Shown: positions 1-7,693 of the stretch, in pieces
Layout of the letters: each line of letters opens with the position of its first letter
How positions within the stretch are numbered: position 1 is the first letter of the stretch
DNA from: Planctomycetota bacterium
GTDB lineage: Bacteria > Planctomycetota > PLA2 > JAEUHO01
DNA length: 13,362 nt
Assembly (NCBI GenBank): GCA_050248855.1
Contig: JBFWRP010000050.1
Location: forward strand, 1-13,362
Reading direction: 5' to 3'
Position numbers and translations under genes: made by a program
The notes under the pieces: model-generated
The model's database searches: none
What the model was told of the DNA's origin: nothing
Seen by the model: only the letters and a program-made list of their open reading frames with translations

Positions 1-59
1 TGTGTGGAATGAGAAGGAAGGTTTTACGCTATCGAGCAACCGCCGTACTCCGACTGCGG

Positions 60-88
60 AGCATACGGGTGTGCGCGCGGGCGCGCAA
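60..88 (-). promoter_or_regulatory. Candidate sigma70-type promoter pointing out of the window, toward the expected capsid gene
   Basis: Minus strand TTGCGC (88-83), 17-bp spacer, TATGCT (65-60), just downstream of the S49 stop. It overlaps an inverted repeat at 43-68. Confidence 0.4.
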
Positions 89-109
89 GGCGCCCGGAGC
101 CCGCTGACC

Positions 110-1006
110 CTAGCGGCCCGCCAGTCGTGCCTTTGCGGCCTTGGCGCGGAGCGGCGCAGCAATCCTCTCGACGGCGGCATCGAGGGACTCGACCCGGTCC
201 ACGAGCCCGAGCCCCTTCGCCTCGCCGGCGAGCCAGACGCCCCCCGTCCAGATGGCCGAGGACTCCTTCGCGCCGAGCTCGCGGCCGTCGCGCACGCCCG
301 CCCGGAAGAAGGCGTCGAAGCCGTCCACGAGGCGCTGGGCCTCGGCGAGGTCCTCGTCGGTGACGGGCGTCCCCGGGGCGGCGGCACCCTTGCGCTCGCC
401 CGTCGAAACGACGTGGACCTGCACGCCCTCCATCTCGGCCATCTTCGAGAGGTCGTAGAGCACGGTGAACGTGCCCAGGCTCCCGACCATGGCCATGGCG
501 TTGGCCGTGACCGTCTTGGCCTGGGATGCGACCCAGTACGCAGCCGACGCCCCGGCATCCTCGATATAGGCGTGGACCGGCTTCGCTTCGTTAACCGCGG
601 CGACGTCGTCGGCGAGTTCCTTCGTGCCGGCGACGTGGCCCCCGGGGCTGTCGATGTGGAGCAGGATCGCGCCCACGCGCTCGTCGGTGGCCATGGCACG
701 TAGCTGGCGACGCGCGTCCACGGTGCTGTACCCGCCGTACTTCGAGCGGGCCTTCATCGACGGGCCGTGCAGCGGGAGGATCCCGACGCCCTCCTGCGTC
801 ACGAAGTACGAGAGCGGCGGGGGCAGCATCCCCTCGGCCTGCACGTCCGTCGGCATGGGGACGCCCGGAAGCGCGGGCGCCCCCTGCGCGCGGGGCCGCC
901 ACAGGCCCGAGCGGATCGCGGCGAGCGACTCCTGGATGAACGAGGGCACGATCGCCCACACTCCCAAGTGCGAGCGAAGGCAGTCGGGCGTGTGCTCAGG
1001 CAGCAT
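110..1006 (-). CDS. S49 (SppA/ClpP-like) prohead maturation protease, 298 aa
   Basis: Motifs LHIDSPGG, GASAAYWVAS, VGSLG and GLVD. GAGGAGG RBS upstream of ATG 1006. Lies directly after the portal gene. Confidence 0.92.
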   Translation of the reverse strand: MLPEHTPDCLRSHLGVWAIVPSFIQESLAAIRSGLWRPRAQGAPALPGVPMPTDVQAEGMLPPPLSYFVTQEGVGILPLHGPSMKARSKYGGYSTVDARRQLRAMATDERVGAILLHIDSPGGHVAGTKELADDVAAVNEAKPVHAYIEDAGASAAYWVASQAKTVTANAMAMVGSLGTFTVLYDLSKMAEMEGVQVHVVSTGERKGAAAPGTPVTDEDLAEAQRLVDGFDAFFRAGVRDGRELGAKESSAIWTGGVWLAGEAKGLGLVDRVESLDAAVERIAAPLRAKAAKARLAGR

Positions 1007-2732
1007 GTCGGTCCTCCTCGGGAGCGGGGACGAGCAGGGCGTCGAGGACGAACTCAGCGAGCACGATCGCTCGCAGGTCCACCGTGGCAGACCAGTCCGC
1101 GCCCGGCCGCATGTCGGTCATGGCAGGCGAGGTCCACCTCTCGGCCACCGCGTCCAGGTCGGCGGGCAGAACGCGTGCCGCGGGGTGGCGGGCGGCGATG
1201 GCGTCGAGCGCCAAGCCGGCGGGCTGGAACGCCTCGACGACCCGCTCGCGAAGCCGCCCGTAGAAGCCATCGGCCCACTGCTTGAGCGCGGCGGGGTTCT
1301 CGCCATTCCGCTTCATCGCAGCAGTGACCTCGTGCGTCTCCTTCCTCGCGAGCAGCGTCGCTGTGTGGAGCAGCATGGGACGGAGCGCCTCGGCCTCGGC
1401 GCGTATGCCTCGCCACGCGGCCTCGGCGTCCTCCTCCTCGTCGTCCTCGGGCGGCGGGCGGTTCGGCGGCGGCGCCGGCGTGTCCTTGGGCTTTGCGCCC
1501 GCGTCCTCGAGCTTCGTCATCTGCGCCTGCACGCGGTACTCGTCGGCGGCAGCGTCCTCGATCGGGTTCATGTCCTCGAGGTCGCGGATGTCGTTCTGCG
1601 AGAGCCACCCGTCCCGGTAACCCGCGGCGTAGTAGGCGATGCGCGTGGAGACGTCGCCCCGGAGCAGGCCCTGGAGCACGAAGCGGACGAACAGGCCGGC
1701 GGCGACCTCATCCTCCGTGAGCAGTTTCGCTGCGATCTCCTCCTCCCACGTCTGCACCTGGGGCGTCAAGAAGTCCACGACGTAGTCGGTGTTGAGCGCG
1801 TCGAGCGAGGACCAGCCCTGCGCGCGCTTGAAGTACTGCACCTTGGCGAGCTGCATGCGGAACCAGCGCGCGACCTCCTCGACCCCGAACTCACGCTGCT
1901 CGAGGAACTGCGCCTCCTCGGGCGGGATGCCCAGGTCCTTCACGTCCACCTCGACGTCCACGATGGGCATGCGCCGGGATCCGACGGGGTTCTTCTCGCG
2001 GTCGCCCTCGATGCGCTTGCGAAGCGCCTCGCGCGCGTCGGCATTGAGCGTCTGCTTCGTGAAGGCCACGAGGCGCTTCGCCAGCCCCTCGCCGAAGAAG
2101 GCGGCAGCGTGGCGCTGCGCCGCTAGCCCCAGGCCCAGGGTCTCCGAGGCGAAGCGCACGACCGAGTAGCCCTCGACGCCCGAGCCCATGCCGCGCAGAT
2201 GGAACATGTCCCGGGGCGCGAAGGGCTGCTCGCGATTGCCCTCGCCCCGGACGTGGTAGACGAGCGTCCTGCCGTCGGACTTCAGCTCGGGCCGCACGCG
2301 CCCGGAGTGGACGGGCCACAGCTCGGCCGGCGCGCCGGTCCCGTCGCGCACGATCTCCGCGTAGGCGTTCCCCCACCCCATGCGGCGGTGCTGCATGACC
2401 TGGGCGAAGACGCCCCAGGACATGACGGGGTTCGGGCGCTTGAGCAGTCGCGCGAGCGGGTGGGCCGGCACGAGATCGCTCCCGCGCTTCTCGCCACGAG
2501 CGCGGCGTAGCTGGCGCGGGAGCTTGGCCACGTCCTCGGCGCCGTTCCGAAGGCAGGCGTAGTAGATGGACAGCCCGAGCGCGGACTCGGGCGTGACGTG
2601 CTCGCCGCTCGCGGTCTTGCGCCCGAGCACGAATTCCGTGAGCCAGAGGGCGGGGTTGCGCAGATCCGTGACGCCGCCGTACTCGACGCTCGCCATGGCC
2701 CGCCCGCCGACCAGGTCGAGGAGGAGGCTCAT
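996..2732 (-). CDS. Phage portal protein, HK97 family, 578 aa, with C-terminal extension
   Basis: Motifs HPLARLLKRPNPVMS, WGNAYAEIVRD, ELWPVH, DMFHLRG, AQFLEQREF, LLRGD and NDIRDLEDMNPI. Start moved from the track's 2915 to ATG 2732 (GAGGTG RBS, ATGA overlap with the upstream gene). Confidence 0.95.
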   Translation of the reverse strand: MSLLLDLVGGRAMASVEYGGVTDLRNPALWLTEFVLGRKTASGEHVTPESALGLSIYYACLRNGAEDVAKLPRQLRRARGEKRGSDLVPAHPLARLLKRPNPVMSWGVFAQVMQHRRMGWGNAYAEIVRDGTGAPAELWPVHSGRVRPELKSDGRTLVYHVRGEGNREQPFAPRDMFHLRGMGSGVEGYSVVRFASETLGLGLAAQRHAAAFFGEGLAKRLVAFTKQTLNADAREALRKRIEGDREKNPVGSRRMPIVDVEVDVKDLGIPPEEAQFLEQREFGVEEVARWFRMQLAKVQYFKRAQGWSSLDALNTDYVVDFLTPQVQTWEEEIAAKLLTEDEVAAGLFVRFVLQGLLRGDVSTRIAYYAAGYRDGWLSQNDIRDLEDMNPIEDAAADEYRVQAQMTKLEDAGAKPKDTPAPPPNRPPPEDDEEEDAEAAWRGIRAEAEALRPMLLHTATLLARKETHEVTAAMKRNGENPAALKQWADGFYGRLRERVVEAFQPAGLALDAIAARHPAARVLPADLDAVAERWTSPAMTDMRPGADWSATVDLRAIVLAEFVLDALLVPAPEEDRHAA

Positions 2733-2884
2733 CGCACACCTCGCAGCCGCCGGCCGACGTAGAGATCGACCCAGATGCACGCGCCGAGCACGACCCACCC
2801 GGCCGGCGCGTAGACGAGCGAGGCCCCGTAGGAGAGGAGCGCCCACGAGCCCAGCAGCAGGAGGAGGCCGAGAAGCCGCGTCAC
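2729..2884 (-). CDS. Small two-helix membrane protein between terminase and portal, 51 aa (MTRLLGLLLLLGSWALLSYGASLVYAPAGWVVLGACIWVDLYVGRRLRGVR)
   Basis: GTG 2884 overlaps the TerL stop (GTGA) and its TGA overlaps the portal ATG. Two hydrophobic segments and a basic tail. Not called separately in the ORF track. Confidence 0.75.
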   Translation of the reverse strand: MTRLLGLLLLLGSWALLSYGASLVYAPAGWVVLGACIWVDLYVGRRLRGVR

Positions 2885-4560
2885 GCGAGCACCCCGTCGC
2901 CGGAGAGGAGCACATCCTCGATGCTCGGCCCCTGGCCGCCCGAGAGGGCCATGCCCATCCCCAGCGCCATGATCAGCGCGGTGAGCCCATCGATCTTCTC
3001 GCGGCTCTTCTTCTTCGAGGGCTTCCAGTTGTCCGCCGCGTCCTTCTCCCACATGAGGTTGCTGGCCATCCACGAGAGGACGGGGTGGCCGCCGTGGCGT
3101 AGGTCGCCCGAGCGCACGAGGATGTCGAGGTACTTCGACGGCCCGTTCATCGAGACGAAGCCCTGCCCGAAGAGCACGACGTCCAGGCCCGCGTCCTTCA
3201 GGTGGTTCACGACCTGGGCGGCGCCGAAGCGGTCGAAGCCCAGCGAGAGAATCCGGTAGCGCTTCGCGAGTTCGATCGCCTTCTTCTCGACGTGGTCGAA
3301 ATCGGTGGCGTTCCCGTCCGTGAGGTTCATGAACCCGTCGCGCGCCCAGCCGAGGTAGGGCACGCGGTGGCGCTTCTCGCGCACGACAGCCCCCTCCTTC
3401 GGACACCAGAAGTAGGGCAGCACGGCGTTGCCCGCGTCGGGGAACACGAGCACGAGGGCCGTAAGGTCCTCGGTGCTCGCGAGGTCCAGCCCCGCGTAGC
3501 ACTCCTGCCCTTCGAGCTCGGTCGCGAGTTCGTGGAAGCTCTTCTCGCCCCGGCACGAATCCCACTGGCGCATGTCGAAGGCCGCGACGTCGGCGTTCGT
3601 GCGGATGTTGAGGTGCAGGCGCAGGAACGTGTTCAGGTACGCGGGCGACTCCTTCGCCCGGGAGCACTCGCGCTCCAGGTACTCCTGCTTCACGGACACG
3701 CCCAGGTTCGGGTTGGCCTTGCTCCACACGGCCGGGTCGGTCCAGTCGTCGGTCGGCTGCGCTTCGTAGACCACGGGCAGGAACGACGGATCCTCGATCG
3801 TCCGCTCGCGCACCTTCTTCGCGTACTCGTACTTCTCGTTGCAGATCGAGATGCGCTCGTAGTCAGACGTCGTGATGTGGACCGTCAACGGCTGGCGCCG
3901 GGCGCCCGTCGCCGTCTGGAGCACGTCCACGAGGTCGCGCGTCGGGTGCGCGTGCAGCTCGTCCACGACCGCGCCGTGAACCGAGAGACCGTGCTTCGTG
4001 TTCGCGTCGGCCGTGAGCGCCCGGAAGATCGAACCCGTCTCGGGGACCTCGATCGACTTGAAGGCGCGGTAGACGCGCGTGCGTGCGACCAGGTCCTTGC
4101 GGTGCGCGACCATCTGCATGGCGTGGCGGAAGATCAACGCCGACTGCTGCTGGTCCGCCGCCGCGCTGTAGACCTGGCCGCCCGGTTCGCCATCGCAGAG
4201 CAGCAGGTAGAGACAGATCCCCGCCGCCCACGAGCTCTTCCCGTTCTTGCGGGCCACGAACACGAACGCCTCGCGGTAGCGCCGGTGGCCGGTCGTCGCG
4301 TCGATCCAGCCGAACAGGTTCCCCACGATCGCGGCCTGCCAGGGCTCCAGATCGAAGGGCTCGCCCGCGCGTTCGCCTTCCACGAACACGAGCATGTCGT
4401 GGAAGAAGCCGATGGCGCGGCGCGCGAGCGCGACCTCGAAGCGATGCCCCGGGAGCGCCGTCGCCCACGGGTCGTAGCCGGGGATCTCCGTCCGGCAGAC
4501 CTGCTCGAGCGCCGAGTCGCCCCAGAGCGCGACCGGGACCGGGGGCTCGGGCGCGCTCAT
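2881..4560 (-). CDS. terL: Terminase large subunit (Terminase_1/HK97 type), 559 aa
   Basis: LEPWQ adenine-binding motif, Walker A VARKNGKS, Walker B VVDELH, ITTS coupling motif, nuclease motifs GLDLA and KIDG. ATG 4560 overlaps the TerS stop (ATGA). Confidence 0.96.
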   Translation of the reverse strand: MSAPEPPVPVALWGDSALEQVCRTEIPGYDPWATALPGHRFEVALARRAIGFFHDMLVFVEGERAGEPFDLEPWQAAIVGNLFGWIDATTGHRRYREAFVFVARKNGKSSWAAGICLYLLLCDGEPGGQVYSAAADQQQSALIFRHAMQMVAHRKDLVARTRVYRAFKSIEVPETGSIFRALTADANTKHGLSVHGAVVDELHAHPTRDLVDVLQTATGARRQPLTVHITTSDYERISICNEKYEYAKKVRERTIEDPSFLPVVYEAQPTDDWTDPAVWSKANPNLGVSVKQEYLERECSRAKESPAYLNTFLRLHLNIRTNADVAAFDMRQWDSCRGEKSFHELATELEGQECYAGLDLASTEDLTALVLVFPDAGNAVLPYFWCPKEGAVVREKRHRVPYLGWARDGFMNLTDGNATDFDHVEKKAIELAKRYRILSLGFDRFGAAQVVNHLKDAGLDVVLFGQGFVSMNGPSKYLDILVRSGDLRHGGHPVLSWMASNLMWEKDAADNWKPSKKKSREKIDGLTALIMALGMGMALSGGQGPSIEDVLLSGDGVLA

Positions 4561-5045
4561 CCCGTGAACCTCGTGGGCCCGAAGTAGTCGAAGGCGGGAT
4601 CGGCCACGGCCGGCGGCTCGACGACCACGCGCGCGCGCGACGCCGGGGTCATCCCGTAGTGCGCCTCCACGCGCAGCATCGCCTCGTGAACTTTGAGCAG
4701 AATCATCACCTGCGGGTAGGGACGCACACCCGTCACCTCGCCCTTGGCGTTCTTCACCGGGTGTGCGAAGCCGGTCTGCCGCAAGAACGCCAGCTGCTCG
4801 TCCCACACCGTGGAGAGCTCGCAGTAGCGAGAGAACGCGCGTCCATCGAAGCGGGCGAGCATCCCGGCCGCCTCGAGCTGCGGAACGACCTCGTCCCACA
4901 CGAGGGCGGCTCTGGCGTCCAGCGCAGCGGGGCGCGGGGGCGCCTCAGGCTCGGGCCTGGGCTCGCCCGGGCGCGTGGCCGCCCGCCAGCTCCCGCGCAG
5001 CGCGAGCTTCTTCGTCGGCGTCGGAGCGGGTCCGCGCTTGCTCAC
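4557..5045 (-). CDS. terS: Terminase small subunit, P27 family, 162 aa
   Basis: N-terminal KRGPAPTPTKKLALRG, then PP..LD..A...W, and C-terminal YGMTPASRARV. GTG 5045 overlaps the methyltransferase stop. Confidence 0.92.
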   Translation of the reverse strand: MSKRGPAPTPTKKLALRGSWRAATRPGEPRPEPEAPPRPAALDARAALVWDEVVPQLEAAGMLARFDGRAFSRYCELSTVWDEQLAFLRQTGFAHPVKNAKGEVTGVRPYPQVMILLKVHEAMLRVEAHYGMTPASRARVVVEPPAVADPAFDYFGPTRFTG

Positions 5046-6430
5046 GGCGTCTTCTTCTTCCGCGCCTTGCGCGCGGGCAAGGTCGCACCGACCCGCTCGG
5101 CCTTCTGCCCCGTCGCGTTCTGCCAGCGCTCGACGATGACGTCGCTGTAGGCCGGGTCGAGTTCCATCAGGAACGCACGCCGCCCGAGCTGCTCGCAGGC
5201 CATGAGCGTGCTGCCCGAGCCGCCGAAGAGGTCGAGCACGTTCTCGCCCTGCTTCGAGGAGTACTGGAGCGCCCGCGCGGCGAGCTCGACGGGCTTCTCG
5301 GTGAGATGCACCATCTTCTGCGGCGAGATCTTCTTCAGGCTCCACAGGTCCGGCACGTTCGCGGGCCCGTAGAACTGGTGCGCGGCGCCCTCCTTCCATC
5401 CGTAGAACGCCCACTCGTGCGCACCCATGAAGTCCTTGCGCGTTAGCACCGGGTGCTGCTTGTCCCAGATGATCGTCTGCGAGAAGTACAGACCCGCTTC
5501 CTTGAGCGCAGGCGGGTAGTTGGCCACGTTGGCATACCCACCCCAGATGTAGAACCCGCGCCCGGGAAGCAGCACGCGCGAGGCGTTGCCGAACCACGCG
5601 CGCAGCATCTGCTCGAACGCTTCGTCGCTCACGAAGTCGTTGGCCAGCGGCCGGTCCTTCGCGCGCATCTTGCGGTGCGTGGGTTTGGACTTGCCCGGGT
5701 GGCGCGCGAGGTCCAGCGCCTGGTGGTGCTTCTCGCTCTTGGGCTGCTTGCTGAACGAAGACAGCCCTGCGGCGATGGCGTTGTTCGAGCGCGGCTCGAC
5801 CTTCACGTTGTAGGGAGGGTCGGTGTTGAGCAGGTGGATCACGGCGCCATCGAGCAGCCAGTCGAGATCCTTCTCGCTGCCCGAGTCCCCGCAGAGGAGG
5901 CGGTGGCTGCCGAGGATCCACAGGTCGCCCGGCTTCGTGATCGGGTCGTCGGGCGGCTCGGGGACCTCGTCCTCGACGATGTCGCCGGCCGTCTGCGGGA
6001 ACAGCTTCTCCAGGTCGCTCCGGAGGCCGGAGAGCAGCAGAGCGTCGCCGAGGTCGGGCAGCGCACCCACGACCTCCTCGAGCAGGCCGAGCGCGTCCGC
6101 CGTCCACTCGCCCGAGATCCGCGGGGAGTTGAGCGCCAGGTTGAGCGCCTTCTCCTCGGCCTCGTCCACGTCGATCACGACGACATCGGTGGCCTCGACG
6201 CCCTTCGCCTCCAGCACCTTGAGCCGCTGGTGGCCGCCCACGACGTTGCCGGTGCGGGCGTTGACGATGATCGGCTGCACGAGCCCGTAGCGGCCGATGG
6301 ACTCCCCCAGGCCGGCGAGGGCCGCGGGCGAGATCGTCCTCGGGTTGTACCCAGCGGGCACGAGCTCGGCGACGCGACGGCTCTCCAGACGCACGCGGCC
6401 CAGGCCGCTGGGGTCAGACTTCGCAACCAT
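5042..6430 (-). CDS. ParB-like N-terminal domain fused to an N6-adenine/N4-cytosine DNA methyltransferase (beta class), 462 aa
   Basis: ParB-like motifs YNPR, GLVQPIIVN and VVGGHQR. Catalytic DPPY precedes HLTEKP and the SAM-binding LDLFGGSGST. GGAGGT RBS before ATG 6430. Confidence 0.92.
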   Translation of the reverse strand: MVAKSDPSGLGRVRLESRRVAELVPAGYNPRTISPAALAGLGESIGRYGLVQPIIVNARTGNVVGGHQRLKVLEAKGVEATDVVVIDVDEAEEKALNLALNSPRISGEWTADALGLLEEVVGALPDLGDALLLSGLRSDLEKLFPQTAGDIVEDEVPEPPDDPITKPGDLWILGSHRLLCGDSGSEKDLDWLLDGAVIHLLNTDPPYNVKVEPRSNNAIAAGLSSFSKQPKSEKHHQALDLARHPGKSKPTHRKMRAKDRPLANDFVSDEAFEQMLRAWFGNASRVLLPGRGFYIWGGYANVANYPPALKEAGLYFSQTIIWDKQHPVLTRKDFMGAHEWAFYGWKEGAAHQFYGPANVPDLWSLKKISPQKMVHLTEKPVELAARALQYSSKQGENVLDLFGGSGSTLMACEQLGRRAFLMELDPAYSDVIVERWQNATGQKAERVGATLPARKARKKKTP

Positions 6431-6644
6431 GGGGACCTCCGGAGAGCGCGTGCTCTGAGAGCCAGGCCAAGAGCGCAGAGCGCACGACCGCGTGGCCACG
6501 CCCGGCGGCGAGGCGGTCGAGCAGGGGAGCGAGCGGTCCCCCGTCCAGGGGGTCCCGGGTCCACACGGGCGAGAGCGCCTTCAGGCACGGGCTCGCCTCC
6601 GGGTGCCCTGCCCAGGCGTTGCGCTCGGGGTCGCGGGCGGTCAC
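6414..6644 (-). CDS. Hypothetical protein, 76 aa
   Basis: GTG start with GGAGG RBS and GTGA overlap with the upstream stop; fills the gap to the methyltransferase. No recognisable motif. Confidence 0.55.
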   Translation of the reverse strand: MTARDPERNAWAGHPEASPCLKALSPVWTRDPLDGGPLAPLLDRLAAGRGHAVVRSALLAWLSEHALSGGPHGCEV

Positions 6645-6907
6645 GGCTGCGCCTCCGGGGGAGAGGACGGCAGGGTGTGCAGGTCCGGCGTCGCAGGCGG
6701 CGACGGAACCGAAACCTCCAGAGCCCGGTTCGTTGCGGGTCCGACCGAGGTTTCGTCGCCACCCAGTACGCCGACCGGAACGAGCGCCGCGACGGGACGG
6801 CCGTGGCGCGTTACGACGACCGGCTCGCCGCCCTCCTCGACGGCCCGGACCACGGCCCGCAGCGTCGCGCGGAGGCGCCGTACGGCGACGGTGCGAGGGG
6901 AGGTCAC
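6641..6907 (-). CDS. Phd/YefM-family antitoxin-like protein, copy 2, 88 aa
   Basis: VAVRRLRATLRAVVRAVEEGGEPVVVTRHGRPVAALVP fits the Phd/YefM N-terminal DNA-binding signature. GTG 6907 with GGAGG RBS and GTGA overlap. Confidence 0.85.
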   Translation of the reverse strand: MTSPRTVAVRRLRATLRAVVRAVEEGGEPVVVTRHGRPVAALVPVGVLGGDETSVGPATNRALEVSVPSPPATPDLHTLPSSPPEAQP

Positions 6908-7155
6908 GGCGCTGCCTCCGGCGCAGGCCCGAGGCCCGGCGCTTCGGGGTCGAGGTCGCGGAGTCCGACGGCCACGTCGGCCACGTCCGGGAGCATCCGG
7001 CCGAGGAGGTCGAGGGCGGCCAGGGCCCCAGGCGGGACCAGGGCCGCGACGGGCCGCCCGCGGCGCGTCAGGACGATCCGCTCCCCGTCCTCGTCCACGG
7101 CGCGGACCAGGGCCATGAGGTCGCGCTGGGCGGCTTTGAGCGTGGCCCGGGTCAC
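6904..7155 (-). CDS. Phd/YefM-family antitoxin-like protein, copy 1, 83 aa
   Basis: ATLKAAQRDLMALVRAVDEDGERIVLTRRGRPVAALVP. GTG 7155 with GGAGG RBS overlaps the HNH stop; the track's ATG 7224 is an alternative start. Confidence 0.85.
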   Translation of the reverse strand: MTRATLKAAQRDLMALVRAVDEDGERIVLTRRGRPVAALVPPGALAALDLLGRMLPDVADVAVGLRDLDPEAPGLGPAPEAAP

Positions 7156-7634
7156 GACTCGCCCTCCGGGCGTACGTACGTCGCAGGGCCATTTCTCGGG
7201 CTCTGCGGGCCGTTTCGATCGCATCCCGTAACCCGTGAAAATCGACGCATGCCCCCCCGCGCGCTCGGGGCCGCCTCGGCCTGAGAGCCCTTACTCCCCC
7301 CTACCCCTCCCTTCAGCCTCACTCGCTCGGCCGCGCTCTTCCGCCCGTGGCAGGCGGTGCAGGTAGGCGCGAGGTTGGACCGCAGGAACGCGAGTTTGGG
7401 GGCCACGGCCAGGGGGACGACGTGGTCCACCTGCGTGGCGGGCTCGGTCAGCCCGAGGCGCGCGCACTCCCGGCAGACGGGCTCGTCGCGGAGGACCTGA
7501 GCGCGCACGGCCTGCCACCGAGCGGAGCCGTGAACGCGCGCCACCGCCGGGTCGCGGCGGGCGAGGTTGTACTCCCGGTCCGCGTGGCGGCGGCTTCGGA
7601 GAATCCCAGCAAGCGTGCGCGGCTTCGAAGGCAT
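7152..7634 (-). CDS. Phage HNH endonuclease (HK97 gp74-like packaging cofactor), 160 aa
   Basis: SARWQAVRAQVL, CREC, VDHVVP and NLAPTCTACHGRKS. Lies upstream of the terminase genes. The last ~55 codons are a low-complexity tail over the putative cos region. Confidence 0.92.
   Translation of the reverse strand: MPSKPRTLAGILRSRRHADREYNLARRDPAVARVHGSARWQAVRAQVLRDEPVCRECARLGLTEPATQVDHVVPLAVAPKLAFLRSNLAPTCTACHGRKSAAERVRLKGGVGGSKGSQAEAAPSARGGMRRFSRVTGCDRNGPQSPRNGPATYVRPEGES
7228..7314 (-). other. Putative cos/packaging-initiation region inside the HNH 3' tail
   Basis: Minus strand GGGAGGGGTAGGGGGGAGTAAGGGCTCTCAG...GAGCGCGCGGGGGGGCATGCGTCGATTTTCACGGGTTACG, at the position just after the HNH domain where 3'-cos phages place cos. 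Exact cut site not determinable. Confidence 0.5.
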
Positions 7635-7684
7635 GGTGCCTCGGCTCGCGCCCGCTGGGATGAGCGCGAACCGAGGCTACCACG
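7632..7684 (-). promoter_or_regulatory. Long RNA hairpin sequestering the HNH RBS and start codon
   Basis: 7638-7653 pairs with 7662-7677 (16 bp, 8-nt loop), extended past a 1-nt bulge by 7632-7637/7679-7684. The three non-Watson-Crick positions are all G-U on the minus strand. Confidence 0.7.
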
Positions 7685-7693
7685 ACGCGGGAC

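Noticed and set aside
1..10. TGTGTGGAAT identical to part of the lac promoter/operator junction (vector contamination?)
   Set aside because: The match ends after 10 nt and the lac operator sequence does not follow.
6710..6755. 9-bp inverted repeat CGAAACCTC...GAGGTTTCG in the tail of antitoxin copy 2
   Set aside because: A single short repeat with a 28-bp spacer inside a CDS; it could be chance and has no supporting context.
2..7231. Long plus-strand ORFs (2..703, 624..2126, 3202..4587, 5453..7231 and others)
   Set aside because: Antisense shadows of well-supported minus-strand genes; expected in very GC-rich DNA, and they show no protein motifs.
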